A stretch of 39,671 nucleotides of DNA, taken from NCBI GenBank assembly GCA_031421975.1, contig JANOPT010000035.1:1-39671 (forward strand), written 5' to 3'. The notes under the pieces were generated by a model. The model searched no databases, was not told where the DNA came from, and saw only the letters and a list, made by a program, of their open reading frames with translations. A program made the translations under genes and the position numbers. Origin of the DNA: Sphingomonadales bacterium. Its GTDB lineage: Bacteria > Pseudomonadota > Alphaproteobacteria > Sphingomonadales > Sphingomonadaceae. This document shows positions 10,432 through 18,403 of this stretch, piece after piece (position 1 is the first letter of the stretch; every line of letters begins with the position of its first letter).

Positions 10432-11413
10432 TCTCGCCATTATCGAAGCGTCTCACATCACCAGGCTTCAGCAGAGGATTGCGGATCAGATCGAACCGCT
10501 GCTTGATGACAGACCCTTCGCGCTGGTCGATTTTCCCGATCACAGTAATGTCGGCGACAGCGCGATCTGGCTGGGCGAAACTGCTTTTTTTGCTGGCAAC
10601 GGACTAGCCCCGACCTATTGCAGCAGCCTCAAATCGCATGTCTACGATGACCTGAAGGCCGCCATTGGCGATGGGACTATTTTTCTGCACGGGGGCGGAA
10701 ATTTCGGTACGATCTGGAAAGCGCACCAGGATTTCCGTATCGATCTGTTGCAACGCTTTCCCGGTCAGCGAATCGTGCAATTGCCCCAATCGATCCATTT
10801 CGATTCCGCCGACAGTGTAACGGAAACAGCAAAAGCGATCGAGCGCCACGGCAATTTTGTTCTGCTGGTACGCGATCGGCCATCGCTGGAATTCGCACAG
10901 CAGCATTTCCAGTGCGAAATATCATTATGCCCCGACATGGCCTTTTGCATCGGCTCACTGACACGGCAGACGCCAACGGTGGACCTGCTCTACCTGCTCC
11001 GCACCGATCTCGAAAAGTCGGTTGTCGGCCTGCCAGAGCATCCATTGCGGTCTTACCGGATCGACGATTGGCTGGATGAAGACCGGTTAGCGATCCGGAC
11101 CACCGCCGCCGTGTCGCGGCTACTGAGCCTCGCGAGCCATCCAGACAAGGCAAGGCTGGCGAAATATGACAGGCTGGCAAAGGCGCGGCTGAATCGCGGC
11201 ATTGCCATGCTATCATCCGGGCAGGTTGTCGTCACTGACCGCTTGCACGGGCATATCATGTCGGTCCTGTTGGATATTCCGCACGTCGCGCTCGATAATA
11301 GTTATGGCAAGCTGACTAACTTCATCGAGGCCTGGACCGCCGACATCGAAAATATGCAGAAAGCCGGGTCGCTGGCACAAGCGGCGGAAAAGGCGGAGGC
11401 ACTGTTGCGATGA
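10424..11413 (+). CDS. Polysaccharide pyruvyl transferase
   Basis: DFPDHSNVGD, HGGGNFG, QLPQSI, VRD, CPDMAF, TDRLHGHI, DNSYGK. ATG at 10424 overlaps the wzx end. Confidence 0.92.
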   Translation: MPDLAIIEASHITRLQQRIADQIEPLLDDRPFALVDFPDHSNVGDSAIWLGETAFFAGNGLAPTYCSSLKSHVYDDLKAAIGDGTIFLHGGGNFGTIWKAHQDFRIDLLQRFPGQRIVQLPQSIHFDSADSVTETAKAIERHGNFVLLVRDRPSLEFAQQHFQCEISLCPDMAFCIGSLTRQTPTVDLLYLLRTDLEKSVVGLPEHPLRSYRIDDWLDEDRLAIRTTAAVSRLLSLASHPDKARLAKYDRLAKARLNRGIAMLSSGQVVVTDRLHGHIMSVLLDIPHVALDNSYGKLTNFIEAWTADIENMQKAGSLAQAAEKAEALLR

Positions 11414-12495
11414 AGCTGGCGGTGACGGGCCTTCGCGGCATACCCGGTGTCATGGGTGGGGTGGAAACGCATTGCGAGGAAATGCTGCCCCGCGTGAAAG
11501 CGCTCAATCCCGGAATCGATATCACCGTGTTCGCGCGCGAAGGCTATGTAACGGGCGTTCCGTATCGGTTTGGCGGGCTGTCGGTCGTCACCGTTGCGTC
11601 GCCTTCGTCGGTTTCTGCCGAAGCCATCGTCTCCACCTTCAACAGCATAATCGCCGCCCACCGCGCCGGTGCCGATGTGGTCCACATTCATGCCATCGGC
11701 CCCGCCCTGCTTGCACCATTCGCCAGATTGCTGGGCTTGAAGGTCGTGATGACCCATCATGGCGAGGACTATAACCGCGCAAAATGGGGCGCATTTGCCA
11801 GATTTGCGCTCCGTACCGGCGAACAGTTCGGCGTGCGGTTTGCAAACCATGTTATCGCGGTGTCGCCGTCACTGACGCAACGGTTAAAACAAACTTTCCC
11901 TCAGGCAGCAGACCGCATCAGCTACATTCCCAATGGCGTTCCCGAATTGCCGACAGGGTCAGGCCAGACCCTGTCCGAATTTTCACTTTCACCCGGCGGC
12001 TATATACTGGCGGTCGGACGACTGGTTCCGGAAAAAGGCTTGCATGACCTGATCGCCGCGCACGCAGTCGCCCGTGACCCGCGCACACTTGTTATCGTCG
12101 GTGCAACCGACCACCCAAGCGAATATGCGACATCGCTGCTGACAAAGGCAAGCGAATGCGTTGTCTTTACCGGGATCCAGGGCCGCGCGACGCTGCGCGA
12201 ACTTTTTGAAAATGCCGCGCTATTCGTGATGCCGTCCTATCATGAAGGCCTGCCGATTGCGGCGCTCGAAGCAGGGTCCTGCTCGACGCCGATGCTGTTG
12301 AGCGACATTCAGCCCAATCTTGATATCGGGCTGACGGCGGCGAATTATTTCCCTGTCGGTAATGTCGATGCCTTGGCGCGCGCACTGGCGCGTCCTGCCG
12401 AACAATATAGCGTCGATGCAGCGGAATTTCGCCGGAAGTTCGATTGGGACGACATCGCACTCAAAACCTCGGCGGTTTATCAAAGCGTCGGCTGA
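11410..12495 (+). CDS. Glycosyltransferase family 4
   Basis: GLRGIPGVMGGVETHCE, HIHAIGP, VGRLVPEKG, EGLPIAALEA. ATGA coupling to the upstream gene. Confidence 0.92.
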   Translation: MKLAVTGLRGIPGVMGGVETHCEEMLPRVKALNPGIDITVFAREGYVTGVPYRFGGLSVVTVASPSSVSAEAIVSTFNSIIAAHRAGADVVHIHAIGPALLAPFARLLGLKVVMTHHGEDYNRAKWGAFARFALRTGEQFGVRFANHVIAVSPSLTQRLKQTFPQAADRISYIPNGVPELPTGSGQTLSEFSLSPGGYILAVGRLVPEKGLHDLIAAHAVARDPRTLVIVGATDHPSEYATSLLTKASECVVFTGIQGRATLRELFENAALFVMPSYHEGLPIAALEAGSCSTPMLLSDIQPNLDIGLTAANYFPVGNVDALARALARPAEQYSVDAAEFRRKFDWDDIALKTSAVYQSVG

Positions 12496-12501
12496 TACCC
12501 G

Positions 12502-12537
12502 CTAGTCCATCGCTCAATACGCGTTGCGATGGACTAG
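12502..12537. terminator. 12-bp perfect inverted repeat between convergent genes (possible bidirectional terminator or stability hairpin)
   Basis: CTAGTCCATCGC (12502-12513) / 12-nt loop / GCGATGGACTAG (12526-12537). No U-tract. Confidence 0.5.
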
Positions 12538-13905
12538 GATACCAAAAGTGCGGATCAGAATTTCGACGTCCAGCGCCAGCGACCAGGTCTGGATATATTC
12601 CAGATCGGCGGCGAGCCGGTTTTCCAGATCGGACTTTTCCATGGTGGCACCCCGAAATCCGCGAATTTGGGCAAGACCGGTAAGACCCGGCACGGTCGCG
12701 TGACGCAGCCAGTAATTGCGGTCGATTTCCCAGAACAGCTTGCTATCGGCACGCGAACCCAGCGCATGCGGACGGGGGCCGACCAGGCTCATTGACCCCG
12801 TCAGCACATTGAACAGCTGCGGCAGCTCGTCGATGCTTGTCATCCGGATGAACTTGCCGATACGGGTAATCCGCACATCGTCGCGCATGGTCGAAACATC
12901 ACCCGCAGAATCGCACGTTTCGGACCGCATGCTGCGAAATTTGTAGATGTTGAACAGCCGGCTGCCATGGCCCAACCGTTGCTGTTTGAACAAGACCGGG
13001 CCGGCGCTGTCGAGTTTGATCGCAATCGCCGTCAATATCATCAGCGGCGCGAGAAACGCGAGTGCAAGGAAAACGATCACCAGATCGACCGATCGTTTCA
13101 GCCAGAGTTGCACGCGCGACAGCGGCCTGATGTGATGCGGGTTCAGTGGCCAGGTCGTCGCCAAAGCGCCCAGACCGCTGAAATCATGATGGACCTCGCC
13201 CTCGACGCCTGTGCTTTTCAGGACCAGAGTCCAGTCGCGGTGCAGCCGTTCCGGGCAGGCAATCATCACGCGATCAACCGACTGGAATAACTTGCCTAGC
13301 CGGTCGAGCATGTGCGGGCAGGTGATGTCGGGGCGGAGCCCGGCGTCCCGCGCCAGCACCACGTTGGACCTGACACCCGATGCACCGGGAAGGCCGTCGA
13401 CGATAATCAATTCGCTGATCGGGTTTTTGTTGAGCACCTGTTCGGCCAAAACATGGCAAAAATATCGGCTCGCGGCAATCAACGCGGCCGAAACGAAAAA
13501 GCCGGTTGCGATAAACGACAGGTGATGCGGCTTCAGTATCGACAGACCATATAGAAAAAACAGAATGAGGCCCATGGTGCCCAGTAGCGCCATGATGCTG
13601 CGAGTCGTTCCCCGCAGGCTTTTGTAAAGCACCTGGCGACCATAGGCCCGGTTGACCAAGGCAGTCCCCAGAAAAATCGGAACCGCCAGAAAGCATAATT
13701 TGAGGCCCGGCGATGCCAGCAGGTCGCCGGACAATATCATGTTGCTGACGACAAAACCGCCCACGACCGACAGCATATCGGTCCCGATCATCGTGGCATA
13801 AACGACAAGACGCCGGGTTCGCTTGCTCGGCGCCGGCGCCAGTGACGCGGCTTTATTGTCATGCAGAAATGCTGCGTCATGAAGACTGCCGAACTGTAAA
13901 TTCAT
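12514..13905 (-). CDS. Priming polyprenyl-phosphate phosphoglycosyltransferase (WcaJ/WbaP-type, large PGT)
   Basis: Four N-terminal TMs, then [76 protein letters not shown]. Confidence 0.95.
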   Translation of the reverse strand: MNLQFGSLHDAAFLHDNKAASLAPAPSKRTRRLVVYATMIGTDMLSVVGGFVVSNMILSGDLLASPGLKLCFLAVPIFLGTALVNRAYGRQVLYKSLRGTTRSIMALLGTMGLILFFLYGLSILKPHHLSFIATGFFVSAALIAASRYFCHVLAEQVLNKNPISELIIVDGLPGASGVRSNVVLARDAGLRPDITCPHMLDRLGKLFQSVDRVMIACPERLHRDWTLVLKSTGVEGEVHHDFSGLGALATTWPLNPHHIRPLSRVQLWLKRSVDLVIVFLALAFLAPLMILTAIAIKLDSAGPVLFKQQRLGHGSRLFNIYKFRSMRSETCDSAGDVSTMRDDVRITRIGKFIRMTSIDELPQLFNVLTGSMSLVGPRPHALGSRADSKLFWEIDRNYWLRHATVPGLTGLAQIRGFRGATMEKSDLENRLAADLEYIQTWSLALDVEILIRTFGILVHRNAY

Positions 13906-14275
13906 CCAAGGGACCTTTCAGGTCGATTCAACTGAAATGCGAAATCACCACCAACACGATGCGTTGTGCCCGCTGCCGTTCAGCAGCGTCGCTTATTGAC
14001 CTGGATTTTCAAAGGTGCAGGACGACCGCATGGTTTACCGATATCCACAAACCGAGTTATGTTTATCCGCCCCCTAAGACCTTTTCATGATGCTCATGTG
14101 TCATCACATGGCCGCTTTGTCACTCGCTGTTCTGACGCCCAAAGACGGAATGTGCATTCAACGCGATTAGGCACCATGCAGTCTTAACAACGTTGCGCCA
14201 TTCGCTTTCCTTGTCAGTAAGTCGCAGGGTCGGACGACACCCCATGCCGCGAATCCCATTCGAGAAAGCCCGCCC

Positions 14276-14935
14276 GTGACCATCGAAAAGCCAGACGTTT
14301 TCCATTCTTTAGGCTATACTTGGGCGCTCATCCTGTCGGACCTCCACCGTTATGCCGGTAACCAGCGGGCGGGATCGTTCGTACGCCATTTTCTGTTCAC
14401 GCCCGGGTTCAAATATACGACAGTCATGCGTCTGTGCGGGTATATGAAGCTGCGGCCAACCCTGCGTTACACGGTCTATCCGCCATTCAAGCTGCTCTTG
14501 CTCCGCTATCGCTATAAATATGGCATTGCCATTCCCGAATATACGCTGGTCGGACCGGGATTGTTTATCAACCGTTTCGGCAATATCATGGTCAACGGCG
14601 ATGCCGTCATCGGTGCCAATTGCAACATCACCCACGGCGCAATGCTCGGCCAGATGAACAGGGGCCCCCGTCAGGGCTCCCCCGTGCTGGGTGACGAGGT
14701 GTTTCTGGCTGCGGGTTGCAAGGTTATCGGACAGATTCGCATCGGCAATCGGTCGGCGGTCGGCGCGAATGCCGTGGTGACCAGAGATGTTCCCGATGGT
14801 TTCGCCGTCGGCGGTATTCCGGCGAAGATTATTTCAACGAACGGTTCGGAAGGGTATATCAACCGCCGTGTCGAATGGGATGGTCGCCGCAGGTTTCGCG
14901 CCGCACAACCGGACGGCACCGCCACTCAAAAATAG
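14276..14935 (+). CDS. Serine-O-acetyltransferase-like left-handed beta-helix acyltransferase, probably a polysaccharide O-acetyltransferase
   Basis: Hexapeptide repeats VGPGLFI, IGANCNI, LGDEVFL, IGNRSAVGANAVVTRDVP and GIPAKII. Sits inside the EPS locus. Confidence 0.85.
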   Translation: MTIEKPDVFHSLGYTWALILSDLHRYAGNQRAGSFVRHFLFTPGFKYTTVMRLCGYMKLRPTLRYTVYPPFKLLLLRYRYKYGIAIPEYTLVGPGLFINRFGNIMVNGDAVIGANCNITHGAMLGQMNRGPRQGSPVLGDEVFLAAGCKVIGQIRIGNRSAVGANAVVTRDVPDGFAVGGIPAKIISTNGSEGYINRRVEWDGRRRFRAAQPDGTATQK

Positions 14936-15498
14936 CGTTCGGTGACGCGGACGATATCACCCGGGTAGACCGGCGTATTGCTGCTTAGCACGGTCAACAC
15001 CTCCTCCGGCTGTCCGGCGCGCTTTATGAATATGCGTTTTTGCTGAGCGCGATAGGTAAAGCCGTCGGCTTTGGCGATCGCCGCCAGCACCGTCAGATCG
15101 GCGGTATAAGGATATTCGCCTGGCTTGTTGACTTCGCCCAGCACATAGACCGGACGAAAATTCTTGACCTCGACGGTCACCCTGGGCGTTGCAAGATAGC
15201 CAGTCGCCAGCGCCGCTGTAATCGAATCTGCCAATCCCGACGGCGTCTCGCCGGCCGCCTTGATCGTGCCGATCAACGGAAACGACAATGTGCCGTCGGT
15301 GCCGACATTGAAGTCGCCGGTCAGCGCTTCTTCGCCATAGGTGATGATTCTGAGCGTCTCGCCGGGCCGCAAAACATACGCCTGATTAACGTCCTGAACG
15401 GCGGCGCTTTCGACCGGGAACGGGTTTTGAGACGCGCACGCGCACAGCATTGATACTGTGCCAAACGACATCAGGGCGTGGTTGCGAAAACTGGCCAT
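14926..15498 (-). CDS. Short OPX polysaccharide-export lipoprotein (Wza-family PES plus one beta-grasp domain), 190 aa
   Basis: Lipobox MLCAC, YVLRPGE, DGTLSFPLIGTIKAAG, VYVLGEVNKPGEY, PGDIVRV. Ends ERYF with no C-terminal amphipathic helix. ATG at 15498. Confidence 0.88.
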   Translation of the reverse strand: MASFRNHALMSFGTVSMLCACASQNPFPVESAAVQDVNQAYVLRPGETLRIITYGEEALTGDFNVGTDGTLSFPLIGTIKAAGETPSGLADSITAALATGYLATPRVTVEVKNFRPVYVLGEVNKPGEYPYTADLTVLAAIAKADGFTYRAQQKRIFIKRAGQPEEVLTVLSSNTPVYPGDIVRVTERYF

Positions 15499-15686
15499 CC
15501 GGTGGTTCCATTCAACTGTCGTGGGACTGCCTTGCTCAAGAGGTTTCGCCAAGGCAGCACAACCGTTAATCGACCATGTGCATCGCTTCATGGACTAGCC
15601 GTGAAAATCGCGCCGGTTAGCCGCAACATGGACCCATGTGCCGCGCGCCTTATTCCAGCTTGAGGCTATCGCGCCAAGCTATCACC

Positions 15687-16060
15687 TCACGTTCTGCTCG
15701 AATGGCGTCCTCTGCCGGCATGACTGGCCTCACCTGAAATTCCAGCGCCGGAAGCAGCGAGCACCAGCATCCTGCCGGTATCATGGCGCGCGCCGTCCAT
15801 CTCTACGGCCCCAGCTGCGACATAAAGTGCGCGCTCCTTATATTCCGCCGGAAACTCGGCAGTGGCACCCGGTGCCATTTCGAGATGGGCGTAAAAAAGC
15901 GACGAGTGCGTTTGCGCGCCAGCGGTCAGGCCATAGGCACTGCCCGCGATCAATTGCCCCGTTACGCCCGCATCGGTCGATTGCGGCAGTTCATCGCCTC
16001 CATGATGCGTAAACGACGGCGCGACCTCCTCCATCCCGTCCGGCAATGCAACCATAATCC
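15687..16060 (-). pseudogene. Internal fragment of a pirin-family gene
   Basis: VALPDGMEEVAPSFTHH..ELP...LIAGSAYG...SSLFYAHL...ERALYVAAGAV is the pirin mid/C-terminal region. The N-terminal metal-binding His motifs and the terminal WNFV motif are both absent. Confidence 0.7.
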
Positions 16061-16185
16061 TAAATTGCTGCTTGATTGCGGCCGGGTTAGGCCTTGTGCA
16101 AATGACTAAAAACAGCTTCATTGCAGTTTGATAGCCAGTATTGCACATCATCAGATGAAATAATTAAACCCAGGGGATCCCGCTC

Positions 16186-16911
16186 GTGAAAGAGCCGTCT
16201 TTTTCGCCTGTCGCCATAAAATTTCTGTTCAAGTCAGGAAGCTGGTTTGCCCAGTTGCCCGATGACGTCCAAAATGCGCTGATGACCGCCGGGCTTTGTC
16301 GTAATGTCCGCGCGGGCGAAAAACTTTATCGGCAAGGTGATGCCGCGACCGGTTTGCACGGGCTGATTTCGGGCGAACTCCATATTACCGGCTCTGGCAG
16401 TAGCGGCGCCAATCTTTTGATGGCCATCCATCGGGCCGGGGACTGGAACGGGTTTCTCGCCTGCATTGACAAACAGCCACATGCATTCTCCGCATTAGCT
16501 GCGGTAGATTGCACCACATGGTCGATCCCGCTGGACGCGATCACCAATATCTTTGAGAAAGACGCGGCGACGTTTCGGATGCTGGTCGTCCCGGAGATTC
16601 GTGTTGCCAGACGGGCTTATCACTGGCTGGTGGAGATGACCCGCCGACCACCAAGCCAGCGCATCGCCGAACGGTTGATTGATCTTGGCCGTTGGACACA
16701 TAGCGAGCGGTCCGGGCCGATCTCCCCCATCGAGAATGTCAATCAGGACGCGCTTGCGGCCGCCACCAACGTATCGCGCCAGACGATGAACAGCGCGCTA
16801 AAAGCGCTTGAGGCGCTTGGTCTTATCAAGGTCGGTTATGGCAAAATAGAGATACTCGATATTGTCGCGTTGCAAGAATATGCGACGTCACCTCAATCGA
16901 AAACAACCTAA
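16186..16911 (+). CDS. Crp/Fnr family transcriptional regulator
   Basis: cNMP-domain pattern (GEKLYRQGD, GLISGEL, AGDWNG) and C-terminal HTH NQDALAAATNVSRQTMNSALKALEALGLIKVGYGKIEILD. Confidence 0.92.
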   Translation: MKEPSFSPVAIKFLFKSGSWFAQLPDDVQNALMTAGLCRNVRAGEKLYRQGDAATGLHGLISGELHITGSGSSGANLLMAIHRAGDWNGFLACIDKQPHAFSALAAVDCTTWSIPLDAITNIFEKDAATFRMLVVPEIRVARRAYHWLVEMTRRPPSQRIAERLIDLGRWTHSERSGPISPIENVNQDALAAATNVSRQTMNSALKALEALGLIKVGYGKIEILDIVALQEYATSPQSKTT

Positions 16912-16930
16912 TAGTCGCCTGCGCGACAAT
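16911..16930. promoter_or_regulatory. Candidate Crp-family operator ATAGTCG-N6-CGACAAT
   Basis: 7-bp arms (6 of 7 complementary) with a 6-bp spacer, the geometry of Crp sites. Lies at the regulator's stop, upstream of the secreted-protein genes. Confidence 0.4.
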
Positions 16931-17058
16931 TGCGTAAGCGCATCAACGATATGCCATTTGAATGGCAAGCCGCATTCGTGCATGTTGCTTCTCACAACCC
17001 TGGCGATAGCATAGCAGGTGCACAGGTGCGCCACGTCACAGGTCTTGAGGAGGACGGC

Positions 17059-17661
17059 ATGTATATCAAATCCGCAATTATGTTCGCCGCTGCGTTGGGA
17101 ATGGCATCAGCAGTGTGGAGCCAAACCGATAAAATGGCCCCCATCGGTCAGGGTGAAGCAACGATTTATCGCGATACCGGCTTTCAGGGACCCGCAGTGT
17201 ATGTCGGCGAAGCAAAAAGCGATTTGCAGCTGTCGTGGCCCGTCCGGTCGATCCGGGTACGAAGTGGAACGTGGGAGCTATGCGCTCGCACGCGCTTTCG
17301 TGCCCCTTGTGCAAAAGTATCGGCGGATGAACCCGATTTGAGGCGGGTAAGCCGGCTACTCTATGCGGTTCAGTCGATGCGGCCATTGGGCGGACCGCAA
17401 ATACAACCACCTGTTCAGCCCGATCCACCTGCTGGACCATCGCTGCGCGGTATGGCAGCCGAATTCTTTCCAGCGCCCGGTCGGTATAATGTCCGTATTC
17501 TATCGTGCCCGAATGGCAACAGCAGCGCCAATTGCGCCGCCAGAACCGCAGATGATTTCTGCCGCAGCGTTGGCTGGAATGGTTCGGCAGACGAGTCGCA
17601 GGAAACCGTCAATCGCCGGGTCTACCTGGCGGACGTGTTATGCGTTCGGTCTGGCTATTGA
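17059..17661 (+). CDS. Secreted beta/gamma-crystallin-domain protein with a Cys-rich C-terminal domain
   Basis: RBS GAGGAGG, signal peptide, ATIYRDTGFQG...VRSIRVRSGTWELC...FR..C crystallin Greek-key pattern, Pro-rich linker, then a 4-Cys domain. Confidence 0.8.
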   Translation: MYIKSAIMFAAALGMASAVWSQTDKMAPIGQGEATIYRDTGFQGPAVYVGEAKSDLQLSWPVRSIRVRSGTWELCARTRFRAPCAKVSADEPDLRRVSRLLYAVQSMRPLGGPQIQPPVQPDPPAGPSLRGMAAEFFPAPGRYNVRILSCPNGNSSANCAARTADDFCRSVGWNGSADESQETVNRRVYLADVLCVRSGY

Positions 17662-17663
17662 TT

Positions 17664-18314
17664 ATGCGACGAACTCGCTGGCTCGTCGGCCTTATCGCAA
17701 TCGGCACAACCGCGGCTGTGATGGCGGCAACGCCTGCCAGCTATGCCAAGCTCGACAAGGCCACGGAAGCCGCATGCGTCAAAGCGGCCAATCTTACCGC
17801 AGCCATTGTTGGCCCTGCCATCCGTTTTTCGGATAAAATCTCGATCGATGCGCGCATAGTGACGGGGACATGGCCGCAACCGCATATGAAGGGCGCAGCG
17901 GCCCAAATGCTGTGTCTCTATAATCGCAAGAACAAGCGCGTCGAAGTTCAGGAGCTGGCGATGCCGCCGGCGCAGGTTGCGTCAGTCAAGGATATCTGGT
18001 GGCGGGCCGAAGACATCGGCGGCAAAGGCATCATTGATCGCAGCGAAGTCACGCTGATGCTCGGCAGCGATGGCAAGATTGGCGGTAAATCGGGTTGCAA
18101 CGGTTATAGCGCAAACTATCAGATTACCGGCGCGGCGGTGAAAATATATCCCCCCATGGTCGGCACACGCATGGCCTGCGCACCCGCGCTTATGACTCAA
18201 GAACAGGATTACCGAAGCCTGTTGGAAACGGCTTCATCGGTTGCGGTTACGCCAGAAGGATTAATGATCGTGACGTCCGCGAACGGAGCAACGAGCCGCT
18301 TCGTGCGAAAATGA
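17664..18314 (+). CDS. Secreted META (HslJ)-domain protein with an extra N-terminal domain
   Basis: Signal peptide. C-terminal WRAEDIGG...GKIGGKSGCNGYSANY...TRMACAPALMTQEQ is the META signature. Confidence 0.85.
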   Translation: MRRTRWLVGLIAIGTTAAVMAATPASYAKLDKATEAACVKAANLTAAIVGPAIRFSDKISIDARIVTGTWPQPHMKGAAAQMLCLYNRKNKRVEVQELAMPPAQVASVKDIWWRAEDIGGKGIIDRSEVTLMLGSDGKIGGKSGCNGYSANYQITGAAVKIYPPMVGTRMACAPALMTQEQDYRSLLETASSVAVTPEGLMIVTSANGATSRFVRK

Positions 18315-18403
18315 AGATTTGGGGAATTCTTTCGTTTCCCGTGAAGCATAAACGGTGCCTGCATTCTGCCAGAACCCGGGGCCATTGCGCGACAAGGAAC
18401 AAT

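Noticed and set aside
14276-14935. Calling this gene cysE (cysteine biosynthesis)
   Set aside because: It lacks the long CysE N-terminal helical domain, has R where the catalytic His is usually seen (FINRF versus FIDH), and sits in an EPS locus.
535-15498. Naming genes after the sphingan (sps/gel) or holdfast (hfs) loci
   Set aside because: No rml genes, lyase or deacetylase are seen and the gene set differs. Orthology cannot be established by eye.
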